Assembly: GCF_963921235.1 (NCBI RefSeq)
Contig: NC_086097.1
Span: 249,676,001-249,740,000, forward strand
Length of the DNA: 64,000 nt
Direction of reading: 5' to 3'
Origin: Mobula hypostoma
Taxonomy: Eukaryota
The notes below the pieces were generated by a model that worked only from the letters and a program-made list of their open reading frames with translations, searched no databases and was not told the origin of the DNA. The position numbers and the translations under genes are program-made. Positions 38,681-51,980 of the stretch are shown here, one piece after another. Every line of letters begins with the position of its first letter. Positions within the stretch are counted from its first letter, which is position 1.

Positions 38681-39489
38681 AACATTAATGATAATAAATA
38701 AATACTGAAAACATGAGTTATAAATTGTCCTCTTTGCTGCCAGAAAGGTTGTCTCTTATTGGAAGATGAGCTAGAGTCCTCACCTCTCCCCTGAGAATTA
38801 AGTGTTAAGGGCTTGGGTTAAGGGTGAAAGGTGAAACGTTTAAGAGAACCTAAGGGGGAACTTCCTCACTCAGAGGCTGCTGGGAGTGTGGAACAAGCTG
38901 CCAGCGCAAGTGGTGGGTGCAGGTTTGATTTCAACCTTCAAGAGAAGTTTGGAGAGTTACACGAATGGGATGGTATAGAGGGCTATGGTCCGGGGCAGAT
39001 CAATGGGAGTAGGCAGTCTAAATGGTTTGGTACTGACTAGATGGGCCAAAGGGCCTGTTTCTGGGCTGTACTTTTCTACGATTCTTTGAATCTATGATGA
39101 ACAACAAAAATGAATCAATCAGTGGTTAATGCACTGAGGTTGTGAAACTAAGCCAGTGAGCTCCCCCTTTAAAGTACTTGATCTATGCATCTGAAATGTC
39201 ACTCTCGGAGTCAGAGTCATTAATCATTTCAATGTGTACAAATGCTTATTGTATTTGTTGAAATCTTTCTCTCTGCACTGCATAAACATTGTCATTATCT
39301 CGTTTAGAACACATGCTGAATTAATGAGGAGAAATATTTCCGATAGGCATGTTAAAATATGAGATGCTAATATTGCACGAGATTATTTCAAGACCTGCCT
39401 GTATTAACTTACAAATCAGGATTTTTCAGACTTGTCATTTTGCAAGAGCAGGGCAGCCATGGAATAGTGATAGAATCATAGTCCTACTT

Positions 39490-39745
39490 TTTTATATTAT
39501 TGAGATACAGAGCAGAACAGGACCTTCCAGCTCTTCCAGTAACCCAACAATTTAACCCTAGCCTTGTCACGGGAGAATTTACAATGACCAACTAACCCAC
39601 CAACCGGTACATCTTTGGACTGTGGTAAGAAACGGGAGCACCCGGAGGAAACCCACAGGGTCACGGGGAAAAGGTACAAACTCCTCACGGGCGGTGGCGG
39701 GAATTTGTACGACAAAGCATTGTGCTAACCACTACGCTACTATGC
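39490..39745 (-). mobile_element. V-SINE (HE1-like)
   Basis: V-domain GTGGGTTTCCTCCGGGTGCTCCCGTTTC..CCAAAGA; tRNA-like head. Confidence 0.7.
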
Positions 39746-40604
39746 TACCCCACAATTATGCGACGTTTCATCCCAAAATGAAAACTAATCTGTATTATAC
39801 AGTACGGCTCTGATACGTGCTGAGGGGCGCACTGAAGCTTGGTACAGCCTCCACAAGGGCTCGGCGGGGAAGGACCATGATATAGGATTCTTCACCTATG
39901 GGAGAGGGAGGGCCAGGTGGGGAGAGGAAGCCCCTCATTTATTGTAATATTTAATAGAAAACCCCAGGGTACCACATGAGTGGCGGCTGTGTAAGAATCA
40001 CATGGATAGAATTTACCATGCGAGACCATTCGACCGTAAGGTATAGGACCAGAATTAGGCCATTTGGCCCATCAAGTCTCCTCCACCATTCAATCATGGC
40101 TGATCCATTTTCCCCTCCTCAGCCCCACTCCCCGTAACCTTTGATGCCGTGTCCAATCAAGAACCTATCAATCTCTGCCTTAAATACACCCAACGACCTG
40201 GCCTCCACAGCTGCACGTGGCAACAAATTCCACAAATTCACCACCCTCTGGCTAAGAAATTTCTCCACATCTCTGTTTTAAATGGATGCCCCTCTATCTT
40301 GAGGCTGTCCCCTCTTGTCCTAAACTCCCCCACCAGGGGAAACACCCTTTCCACATCTACTCTGTCTAGGCCTTTCAACATTTAAAAGGTTTCAATGAGA
40401 TCTTCCCGCCCCCCCCCTCTAAATTCCAGCAAGTACAGACCCAGAGCCATCAAACATTTCTCGTATGATAACCCTTTCATTCCCAGTACCATCCTAGTGA
40501 ATGTCCTCTGGACCTTCTCTAATGACAGCACATCTTTTCTAAGATGAGGTGCCTAAAATTGGTCACAATACTCAAGGTGAGTGCCTTATAAAGCCTCAGC
40601 ATCA

Positions 40605-42660
40605 AGATTCAAAGATTCAAGATTCAAAAAACTTTATTGTCATTCTAACCGTACATCAGCTCTGCAGGGCAGAATGAGCCAGCGTTTCCCAGGAGCAGTG
40701 CAATCATAACATAACATAACGCAACACTAAATAATAAACTTAACAATAAATAGTAAAACACAACAGCCACATGTCAGTTAAAATCAGTTATAAGTATCCA
40801 GTGCAAGTTAAAAGTGTCCAAAGCAGAGCCAGGTAGAGCAGCTATTTAGCAGTCTGACTGCCTGTGGGAGGAAGCTGTTTAGTAGCCTTGTGGTTTTAGT
40901 TTTGATGCTCCTGTAACATTTGCCTGATGGCAGAAGAACAAACAGTTCATGGAGAGGGTGTGAGGGGTCTTTAATGATGTACCGTGTCTTCTGGAGGCAT
41001 CGACTCTGAAAGAGGTCTTGGACAGAAGGTAGGGAGACCCCAATAACCTTCTCTGCTTCCCTAACCACCCTCTGCAAGGCTTTTTTGTCGACAGCACTGC
41101 AGCTGGAGTACCAGGTTGTGATGCAAAAGGTCAGCACACTCTCAACCACGCCTCTGTAGAATGTAGTTAAGATGTTAGTGGGAGTGATGTTTGTTTAAGC
41201 TTCCTCAGAAAGTGCAATCTCTGCTGGGCCTGTTTCACAATCCCAGTGGTGTTCCTGGACCAGGTGAGATTGTCCGAGATCTGCACCCCAAGGAACTTGA
41301 TGTTTTCCACTCTCTCCACTGTGGAGCCGCTGATGCTGAGGGGTGTGTGTTCAGGCTGAGACTGTCTGAAATCGACGATCATCTCCTTGGTTTTGGTGAC
41401 ATTAAGCATCAAGTTTCATCATTTTTGCTGATGAGTCCCACCACTGTGCAAATTTAATGATCAGGTTCTCCTTGAATCTGGCTGCACAGTCATGTGTTAG
41501 CAGTGTAAACAGCAATGGGCTAAGCACACAGCCTTGTGGGGATCCAGTGCTCAGTGTGATGGAGTCAGAGATGTTCCTGCCAACACGGACTGACTGTGGT
41601 CTCTCTGTCAAGAAATCCAGAATCCAGCGACACATGGCAGTGTTAAGGCCAAGCAGCGACAGTTTCTCCACTAGTCTCTGCGGGATGATGGTATTAAACG
41701 CTGAACGGAATCAATGTACAGGATTCTGGCATAAGTGTCTTTGTTGTCCAAGTGAGAGAGAACTGTGTGCAGTGTGGTGGATATTGGGTCCTCCGTAGAG
41801 CGATTTGGATGATAAGCAAACTGTAGAGGATCCAGTGAGGAGGGGAGGCTGGCTGTGATATGAGGCTTGACAAGCCGTTCAAAACATTTCATCACTATGG
41901 GGATCAGGGCAATGGGACGGTAATCATTCAGACAGGCTACAACTGATTTCTTTGCTACAGGGATGATTGTGGCGGTTTTGAAACATCTGGGGACAATAGC
42001 TTGACTAAAGGAGATGTTGAAAATGTCTGTCAGGACATCTGCTAATACATCAGCACATTCCTTGAGCACATGTCCAGGGATGTTGTCTGGAACTCCCGCT
42101 TTTCGTGGGTTGACCCTGTCAAGGTTCCTCCGTGTTTGCTCTGGATCAATGATTGGAGCCGGCTGGTCAGATGGTAAAAAGGGACTGGCTCTCCCCCTTG
42201 CTGTAGTGTTTGATGCTTCGAAGCGGCAAAGAAATTGTTAAGCCTGTCTGGTAGAAAGGCGTCACTGTCATCAGTTTTCTGCCTGATCTTGTAGTCTGTC
42301 AGAGTTTTAATTCCCTGCCACATCCGTCTGGTGTCACCTGTGTCACAGAAGTGTCCATGTATTTTGCCCGCGTAGGCCCTTTTCGCTTTCCTGATCCCTA
42401 GTGAAAGTGCAGACCTGGCTGAGCGAAGCGCACTCCTGTCCCCCGATCTGTAGGCTGTCACGGGCCGACAGTAGTGAACGCACCGCTGTTGTCATCCATG
42501 GCTTTTTATAACCACGTGCAGTGAAGGTTTTCATCACAGTGACATCTTCCGTGCATTTGGCTATGTAGCTGATTACTGCCCCCGCATACTCCTCAATGTC
42601 TGTACGGTCATCATAGGAGGCTGCTGTTTTGAATATGTCCCAGTCTGTGTGCAAAAAAAC
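40605..42660 (-). mobile_element. Rex1/Babar LINE (~2 kb ORF2 remnant) inserted in a CR1 3' fragment (40025-42845)
   Basis: [54 protein letters not shown]; (TTGAATC)n tail. Confidence 0.9.
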
Positions 42661-43914
42661 AGTCTTGTTTTTTGCATCCTTTCTCTTGTCTTCTAAGCTC
42701 TTGAAATGAATGCTAACGTGGCTCTTACCTTCCTCACCACTGACTCCACCTGCGAGTTAACCTTCAGGGTGTTCTGCACAAGAACTCCCATGTCCCTTTG
42801 CATCTCAGATTTTTGGATTTTCTCCCCATTTAGAAAATAGTCTGTAAAGAATGGAAAGGTATTGAACTGTTTATTCTCGTTAAAAAAATGTGTATTGTGA
42901 ATAAAGTTCATTTTGTTAAAAAAATACAGAATGTCTCTGTTTTTTGTGCAGCAGCTGTGCAGAAGACACATTCTTCAATGGTGGCCTCCAGATTAGAATT
43001 CCTTCTGCAGGGAGAACAATGAAAGCAAAGCAAACAACATTCCAACATGCATTGAGAAGAAAGATGAGGATTTGACAAAAGAGCTCAAACAGGTTAAACT
43101 GTTAGCTAATGAACTCATGCATTCATGGTGAATAGGAGAAGGCAGATATGAGCCCCTCTGTGAATTGTTTATGCAGTGTGTGTCCTCATCACCAGTAACC
43201 CTCCTTCCCAGAGGAAGTGGCCTGACACCCAGACATTGCACATTGGTTGTTTGTCCATGCTGTTGGGTGTGGTCTTTCATTGATTCTATTGGATTTACTG
43301 TGTATGCCCACAAAAAAAAAGAATCTCAGTGTTGATATGTATTTGACAATGAATTTACTTGGAACTTTGATCTGACTTTGTTTCTGATGTCAGTTTGAAA
43401 GATGTTATGGTGGCAGAGCCCAGAGGGCGGCCCTGGTCTTTAAATTTCAACAAGCCCCACAAAAAAAAACAGACTTGAAATGCCTTTTGTCCAGTAGTTG
43501 TGTCTTTAAATAGATAAAGGGCTTTGATGGGAGTGAGGAACGTTACTCGTTTTGCTGTTGTTGTGTTGTTGCTTGTTGCTTTCTGTGTGGTTCTGCCAAG
43601 CATTGTGGGAAAGCTCTGTTGGCGCCAGAATGTTTGGCGACAATTGCGGGCTGCCCCAGTACATCCTTGCGAGTGTTGGCTTTTAACGCAAATTTCTCTG
43701 CATGTTTTGATGTACATTTGAGAAATAAATTTGAATCTTGAACGAGATATTAAAACATAGAACATAGAACAGTAGAGTGCAGTAGACCAAAAGACCACAA
43801 GACATGGGAGCAGAAGTAGGCCATCCAGCCCATCGAGTCCGCTTCGCCATTTCATCGTGGCTGATCCCGGATCTTACTCAACCCCCATACACCTGCCTTC
43901 TTGCCATATCAAAC

Positions 43915-46900
43915 TTGGCTAAAGGATGGCTGCCATTAGGAGCTGAACGTCCAAGGATATACAGTGTATTGGAAAGATAGGTTAGTAGGCAGAGGGGGTG
44001 GTGTGTTCCTCTGTATAAGAAATAATATTAAATCATTAGAAAGAGATGACATAGGATTAAAGTGTAGACTCTATGGGTTGAGTTAAGAAATGGCAAGGGT
44101 AAAAGGACCCTAATGGCAGTTGTATACAGGCCTCCAAACAGCAGCCGGGGTGTGGATTACAAATTACAGCAGGAGATAGAAAAGGCGTGTCAGAAGGTCA
44201 ATGTCATGATAATCATTGAGGATTTTAACATGAAAGTGGATTGGGAAAACCAGGCCAGTACTGGACCTCGAGAGAGAATTTGTAGAGTGTCTAAGGGATG
44301 GCCTTTTAGAACAGCTTGTTGTTGAGCCCACTAGCGGAAATCAGTTGTACTGGATTGGGTGTTGTGCAATGATCCGGAGGGGATAAGACAGCTTAAGGTT
44401 AAAGAACCCTTCGGGAACAGTGATCACAATATTATTGAGTTCACATTGAAATTTGAGAGGGAAAAAATAAAATCCAATGTGTCAGTATTTCAGTGGAATA
44501 AAGGAAATTACAATGGCATAAGAGGGGAACTGGCCAAAATTGACTGGAAAGGGTGATTAGCAGGAAGGACAGCAGAGCAGCAATGGCTGGAGTTTCTGCA
44601 AAAAAATGAGGGAAGTGCGAGACAGATATATTCCAAATAAGAAGAAATTTTCAAATGGAGAAAGGACACTACTGTGGCTGACAAGTGAAGTCAGAGCCAA
44701 AGCTAAAGAGAGGGCATACAAGGAAGCCAAAGCTAGTGGGAAGATAGAGGATTGGGAAACTTTTTAAAACTTTCAGAAGGAAACTAAGAAGGTCATTAGG
44801 AAGGAAAAGATGAATAATTAAAGGAAATTGGTGACTAATATCAAAGAAGATACTTAAAGCTTTTTTAAGTATATAAAGGGTAAAAGAGTTGAGGGTAGAT
44901 ATAGGACCGATAGAAAATGACGCCGGAGATATTGTAATAAGAGACACAGGGATGGCAGAGGACATGAATACATATTTTGCATCAGTCTTCACAGTGGAAG
45001 ATATCTGCAGTATACCAGATATTCAAGAGTGTCAGGGAAGTGAAGTATGTGCAGTGAAAATTACAACTGAGAAGGTGCTCAGGAAGCTTCATGGTCTGAG
45101 GGTGGATAAATCTGCTGGACCTGATGGAATGCACCCTTGGGTTCTGAAGGAAGAACCTGGAGAGATTGTGGAGGCATTCACAATGATCTTTCAAGAATCA
45201 ATAGATTCTGGCATTGTACCGGATGACTGGAAAATCGTAAATGTTACTCCACTATTTAAGGAAGGTGGGAGGCAGCAGAAAGGAAACTATAGACCTGTTA
45301 GCCTGTCATCAGTGGTTGGGAAGTTGTTGGAATCAATTGTTAGGGATGAGTTAACAGAGTACCTGGAGGCACATGACAAGATAGGCCAAAGCCAGCATGG
45401 TTTCCTGAAAGAAGAATCCCGCCTGACAAACCTACTGCAATTTTTTGAGGAAATTACAAGCAGGGTAGACAAAGGAGATGTAGTAGATGTGGTGTTTTTG
45501 GATTTTCAGAAGGCCTTTGACAAGGTGCCACACATGAGGCTGCTTAGCAAGATAAGAGCCCATGGAATTACAGGGGAGTTAGTAGCGAGGGTGGAGCATT
45601 GGCTGGTCGGCAGAAAACAGAGAGTGGGAATAAAGGGATCCTATTTTGGATGGCTGCTGGTTACCAGTAGAGTTCCACAGGGGTGGGTGTTGGGACCGCT
45701 GCTTTTTACGATGTCTGTCAATGATTTGGACTATGGGATTAATGGATTTGTGGCTAAATTTGCCGATGATACAAAGGTAGGTGGAGGAGCAGGTAGTGTT
45801 AAAGAAACAGAGAGACTGCAGAGAGACTTATAAAGTTTAGAGAAATGGGCAAAGATGTGGCAAATGAAATACAATGTTGGAAAGTGTATAGTCATGTACT
45901 TTGGTGGAAGAAATAAACGGGCAGACTATTATTTAGATGGGGAGAGAATTCAAAATGCAGAGATGCAAAGGGACTTGGGAGTCCTTGTGCAAGATACCCT
46001 AAAGGTTAACCTCCAGGTTGAGTCAGTGGTGAAGAAGATGAATGCAATTTTGGCATTCTTTTCTAGAGGTATAGAATATAAGAGCAGGGATGTGATGTTG
46101 AGGCTCTATAAGGCACTCGTGAGACCACACTTGGAGTATTCTGTGCAGTTTTGGGTTCCTTATTTTAGGAAGGATATACTGACATTGGAGAGGGTTCAGA
46201 GAAGATTCATGAGAATTATTCCAGGAGTGAAAGGGTTACCATATAGAAACATAGAAACATAGAAAATAGGTGCAGGAGTAGGCCATTTGGCCCTTCGAGC
46301 CTGCACCACCATTCAGTATGATCATGGCTGATCATCCAACTCAGAACCCTGCACCAGCCTTCCCTCCATACCCCCTGATCCCCGTAGCCACAAGGGCCAT
46401 ATCTAACTCCCTCTTAAATATAGCCAATAAACTGGCCTCAACTGTTTCCTGTGGCAGAGAATGCCACAGAGTCACCACTCTCTGCGTGAAGAAGTTTTTC
46501 CTAATCTCGGTCCTAAAAGGCTTCCCCTCTATCCTCAAACTGTGACCCCTCGTTCTGGACTTCCCCAACATCGGGAACAATCTTCCTGCATCTAGCCTGT
46601 CCAATCCCTTTAGGATTTTATACGTTTCAATCAGATCCCCCCTCAATCTTCTAAATTCCAACGAGTACAAGCCCAGTTCATCCAGTCTTTCTTCATATGA
46701 AAGTCCTGCCATCCCAGGAATCAATCTGGTGAACCTTCTTTGTACTCCCTCTATGGCAAGAATGTCTTTCCTCAGATTAGGGGACCAAAACTGCACACAA
46801 TACTCCAGGTGTGGTCTCACCAAGGCCTTGTACAACTGCAGTAGTACCTCCCTGCTCCTGTACTCGAATCCTCTCGTTATATGAGGATCGTCTGCCAGCT

Positions 46901-47307
46901 CTTGGGCTATATTCCCTGGAGATCAGGAGAATAAGGGAGGATCTCATAGAAACATTCCAAATATTAAAAGGCCTGAATAGATTAGATATGGCAAAATTAT
47001 TTCCCATGGTAGGGGAGTCTAGGACAAGAGGGCACAATTTCAGGATTGAAGGATGTCCATTTAGAAGAGAGATGCAGAGAAATTACTTTAGTCAGAGGGT
47101 GGTAAATCTGTGGAATTTGTTGCCGCGAGCAGCTGGGTGCATTTAAGGCAGAGATAGATAGGTTCTTGATTCGCCAGGGCATCAAAGGAAATGGGGAAAG
47201 GGCAGAGGAGTGGGGATGACTGGAAGAATTGGATCAGCCCATGATAGAATGACGGAGCAGACTTGACGGGCCAAATAGCCTACTTCTGTTCCTATCTCTT
47301 ACGGTCT
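43915..47307 (+). mobile_element. CR1 ORF2 (EN and RT), degenerate
   Basis: VYRPPN, EDFN, SDHN; ORF 44889..45833 with NYRPVSL, QHGF, FLDFQKAFDKV, FADD; CR1 3' UTR. Confidence 0.9.
46243..46878 (-). mobile_element. Young CR1 3' fragment inserted antisense in the older CR1
   Basis: Uninterrupted ORF 46341..46835; (TTTCTATG)n tail; the host frame GLPY|EDRL resumes after it. Confidence 0.9.
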
Positions 47308-47341
47308 TATATCCTTTGATACCCTGACCAATCAGGAAACT

Positions 47342-47499
47342 CAAGCAACACACATAAAAGTTGCTGGTGAATCCTCGGCCTGAAATGTCGACTGTACCTC
47401 TTCCTACAGATGCTGCCTGGCCTGCTGCGTTCACCAGCAACTTTTATGTGTGTTGCTTGAATTTCCAGCATCTGCAGAATTCCTGTCATCTGCGTTTTA
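47342..47499 (+). mobile_element. 158-bp fold-back PLE pseudo-LTR insertion
   Basis: 13-bp TSD CAATCAGGAAACT at 47329-47341 and 47500-47512; 31-bp perfect inverted repeat at 47341-47371 and 47430-47460. Confidence 0.85.
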
Positions 47500-48344
47500 C
47501 AATCAGGAAACTATCAACTTCTGCCTTAAATATACTCAAAGACTTGGCCCCCACTGTCATCTGTGCAGACCATTCCATAGACTCACTACTCTGGCTAAAA
47601 AAATCCATCCTTACTTCTGTTCTAAAGGGTCACCCCTCAATTTTGAGGCTGTGCCCTCTATTTCTGGGTTACTGCACTATAGGAAACATCCTCTCCACAC
47701 CAACCCTATCCACTCCTTTCAACTTTTGGTAAGTTTCAATGAGATCCTTCCCCCCACCCTCACCCACATTCTTCTAAATTCCAGTGAGTACAGGCTCAAA
47801 GCTGCCAAATGCTCCTCATATGTTAACCCCTTCGTTCCTGGAATCATCCTTGCCAACCTCCTCTGGACTCTCTCCAATGACAACATGTCCTTTCTGAGAT
47901 AAGGGGCCCAAAACTGTTGACAATACTCCAAGTGTGGCCTGACCAGTGTCTTATAAAGCCTCAGCATTATCTCCTTACTTTCACAAACAAGAGAAAATCT
48001 GCAGATGCTGGAAATCCAAAGCAACACACACAAAATGCTGGAGGAACTCAGCAGGCCAGGCAGCATCTGTGGAGAGAAGTACTGGGGACAATTCCGGCTG
48101 AAATCCTTTGACAGGACTCGTTTTTTCTTTATTCCATTCCTCCTTGAAATTGATGCCAACATGTCATTTGCCTTCTTTACCACAGACTCAACCTGTAAAT
48201 TAACCTTCTGGGAATCCTGTCCCAGGACTCCTAAGTCCTTCTGCATCTCTGATGTCTGAATTTTCCTCCCATCTAGGTAATAGTCTGCACTATTGTTCCT
48301 TTTACCAAAACGGGTGGCACTGGGAGATACTGACAGATGGGACA

Positions 48345-49278
48345 TAGATAACACCCTGCCAGCTTCTGCACCCAGCATATAATTCTTCGTAACTTCCGCC
48401 ATGTGCAATGGAACCCCACCACCAAGCACATCTTTCCCTCATCCCCCCACCCCCCGATTTTCTGTTTTCTGCAGGGATTGCTCCCTACACAACTCTGTTG
48501 TCCATTCGTCCCTCCCCACTGATCTCACTCCTGGCACTTTAACTTGCAAGCGGATCAAGTGCTACACCTCCTGCCTCACTACCATTCCAGGGAGTCTGTT
48601 GGGGTCATCTACTGTAACCAGTGCTCCCAGTGTGGTCTCCTGTATATCGGTGAGACCTGACCTAGACTGGGAAACCGTCTTGCAAAGTATCTATGCTCCA
48701 TCTGCCAAGAGTGGGATTTCCCAGTGGCCACCCATTTTAATTCCACTCTCCATTCCCATTTCAATATGTCTATCCATGGTCTCCTCTACTGTCATGATGA
48801 GGCCACACTCAGGTTGGAGGAACAACACCTTGTATTCCATCTGGGTAGCCTCCAACCTGATGAAATGAACATTGATTTTTCGAACTTCCGCTAATGGCCC
48901 GCCCTCTACCTTCACCATTCTTCATCCCCTTTTCCCTCTCTCACCTTATCTCCTCGACTGCCCATCGTCTCCCTCTGGTGCTCCTCTGCCCTTTTCTTTC
49001 TTCCATGGCCTTCTGTCCTCTCCTGTCAGATTCCCCAATCTCCAGCCCTGTATCTCTTTCATCAATCAACTTCCCAGCTCTTTACTTCACCCCTCCCTCT
49101 CCTGGTTTCACCCATCACCTTGTGTTTCCCTCTCCCCCTCTCCCCAACCTCTTAAATCTACACCTCAGCTTCTTTTCCAGTCCTGATGAAGGGTCTCTGC
49201 CCGAAATGTTGACTGTACTCTTTTCTGTAGATTCTGCCTGGTCTGCTGAGTTCCTCCAGCAGTTTGCATGTGCTGCAT
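48345..49278 (+). mobile_element. Penelope-like element 3' part (GIY-YIG and pseudo-LTR with a hammerhead motif at 49179-49214)
   Basis: GVIYCNQCSQCGLLYIGET; AGTC-CTGATGA-AGGGTCTCTGCCC-GAAA-TG-TT-GACT. Confidence 0.8.
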
Positions 49279-50191
49279 TAAATTCATCTGCCATTTCTTT
49301 GCCCCCATTACTACCTCACCAGCATCATTTTCCAATGGTCCAATATCAACTCTCACCTCCTTTTATTCTTTATATAAGTGAAAAACTTCTGGTATCCTGC
49401 TTTATATTATGGACTAGATTGCCCTCATATTTCATCTTTCCTCTTCTTACAGTTTTTTTCGTTGCCTTTTGTTGAATTCTAAAAACTTCCCACTCATCTC
49501 TGCTCTGCTGTCACCTCCACCCATATCCTCCTCCAATCCACCTGGACAAACTCCTCTTCATGCCTCTGTGATTCCCTTTATTCCATTGCGATACTGATAC
49601 ATGTGACTTGTGCTTCTCCCGCTCAAATTGTAGTAAGAATTCAATCATATTAAGAGCACTGCCTCTTAAGGGTTCCGTGATGTTAAGCTCCCTAATAAGA
49701 TCTGGGTTATTACACAACACCCAATCTAAGATAGCCTTTCCCCGAGTAGGCTCAAGCACAAGCTGCTATAAAAAGCCATCACGTACGCATTAAACAAATT
49801 CTCTCTCGAGATCCAACACCAACCTGATTTTTCCAATCTCCTTGCATATTGAAGTCCCCCGTTACAATTGTGACATTACCCTTATTACATGCATTTTCCA
49901 GCTCCCCTTGCAATCTTAACCCCACATCTTGGCTACTATTTGGAGGCCAATATATGATTACCGTAATGTATTTTTACCCTTGCAGTTTCTTAACTCCACC
50001 CACAAAGATTCAACATTCTCTGACCCTGTGTCACCTCTTTCTAGAGATGTAATTCCATCTCTTACCAACAGAGCCACACCACCACCTAAGCCTTCCTGCC
50101 TGTCCGTTCGATACGAAGCATATTCTTTGACGTTAAGCTCCCAACAGTAGCCTTCTTTCAGTCGACTCAGTGATGCCCACAATGTCATACT

Positions 50192-50840
50192 AATTTCTAG
50201 ATAATTGAGACTGGTTCTCGGGCAGGTGAGACCTGTACAAATTGGACGGGTTGCACATGAATCTGAGGGGGACCAATATTCTTGCTGGCAGATTTACTAG
50301 AGCTGTTGGGAGTGGTTTAAACTAATATAGCAGGGGATGGGAACCAGTATGATAGAGCTGAGGACGAGCCAGCGGGTTTACAAGTACTGTAGATGATGGG
50401 TGTAATCTGAACGTAAGGAAGGACAAACCAATGATTGGGTACAAATGCAGACATCGTCCACCTTATGGGATCGTCCACCTTATTCCGAATGCTACATACA
50501 TTTAAATACAGCACCTTCAGTCCTGTATTCTTCGCCATTTTGAATTTTACATCTGTGGTACAATTTAACTCTTTGCTCTGTCTGCATTTGTACCCAATCA
50601 TTGGTTTGTCCTTCCTTACGTTCAGATTACACCCATCATCTACAGTACTTGTAAACCCGCTGGCTCGTCCTCAGCTCTATCATACTGGTTCCCATCCCCT
50701 GCTATATTAGTTTAAACCACTCCCAACAGCTCTAGTAAATCTGCCAGCAAGAATATTGGTCCCCCTCAGATTCATGTGCAACCCGTCCAATTTGTACAGG
50801 TCTCACCTGCCCGAGAACCAGTCTCAATTATCTAGAAATT
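50192..50840. repeat. 262-bp inverted repeat (50192-50453 and 50579-50840) with a 125-bp spacer
   Basis: The arms read as exact reverse complements by eye. Confidence 0.9.
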
Positions 50841-51980
50841 TGAATCCTTCCCCCTGCTCCAATTCTTCAGCCACACATTTATCTGCCTCCTCATTCTATT
50901 CCTATCCTCACTGTCGCGTGGCACAGGCAGCAGTCCTGAGATTACTACCTTTGAGGTCCTGCTTCTCAGCTTCCTTCCTAACTCCCTGTAGTCTGTTTTC
51001 ATACCTCCTCTCTTTTTCTTTCCATGTCATTGGTACCAAAATGTACCATGACTTCTGGCTGCTCACCATCCCATTTCAGGATATTGTGGGCCTGATCAGA
51101 AACATCGTGGACCCTGGCACCTGGGAGGCAAACTACCATCCGTGTTTCTTTATCGCATCTACAAAGTGGACTATCTGTCCCCCTAACTATAGAGTCCCCT
51201 ATTACTGCTGCCATCGTCTTCAGTTCCCTACCCTTCTGGCCAGACTTCGTGCCAGAGGCGCGGCCGCTGTTGCTTCCCCCAACAGTACTCAAAATGCAGC
51301 ACTTATTGTTGAGTGGGACAGCCGTAGGTGTGTTCTTCACTATCTGACATTCTCCCTTCCCTTTTCCTGACAGTCACCCATTCATCTGTCTCCTGTAACC
51401 TCGGGGTGACTACCTCCCTGTAGCTCCTGTCTATCACCTCTTCACTTTCCCTAACAAGTTGAAGGTCATCGAGCTGCAGCTCCAGTTCCCTAACTCGGTC
51501 TCTAAGGAGCTGCAGCTCGACGCACCCAGTACAGTTGTGGCCATCAGGGAGGCTGGGAGTCTCCCGGACATCCCACATCTGACACCCAGAACAGAAAACT
51601 GGCTCTTGTTTTGAAAGGCACTTTGTGGCACCTGCCACATATTCCCCACCCCTGTAAATTTCGATGTACACATGATAAATAAATGATCTTAATCTGAATC
51701 AATGTTGTGCCTACTTTTTAACTTGCTCCAGTATCAACCTAACAATTCCCTCCAGTATAGCCCGATATTTCTTTGTCTTCCATGTGCCTAAGGCAACAAA
51801 GATTTTGCAGATGCTGGAAAATCGGAACAAGGCACACCAAATGCTGGAGGAAATCAGCAGGTCAGGCAGCATCTATAAACAGTTGACGTTTCGGGCCGCG
51901 TCCCTTCAGTAGGAAGTGTCAGCACAGACAGGATATGGTAGTGCTGTGGTCCCTTCAGACAGGATATGGTAGTGCTGTGG

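Larger units (their letters stand above)
47310..51610 (-). mobile_element. CR1 with ORF1 (zinc finger, coiled coil, SGNH esterase), ORF2 EN and 3' end; most of the RT is missing; may be more than one copy
   Basis: CSGCQMW..CTGCVELQLLRDRVRELE; VIGDSIVRG..CLPGARV..HFGTND; LKVLYLNVCSIRNK; LYKTLVRPHLEYC. Confidence 0.8.

Noticed and set aside
43011..43131. Plus-strand exon-like stretch ENNESKANNIPTCIEKKDEDLTKELKQ
   Set aside because: Weak donor, no recognisable homology and no linked exons.
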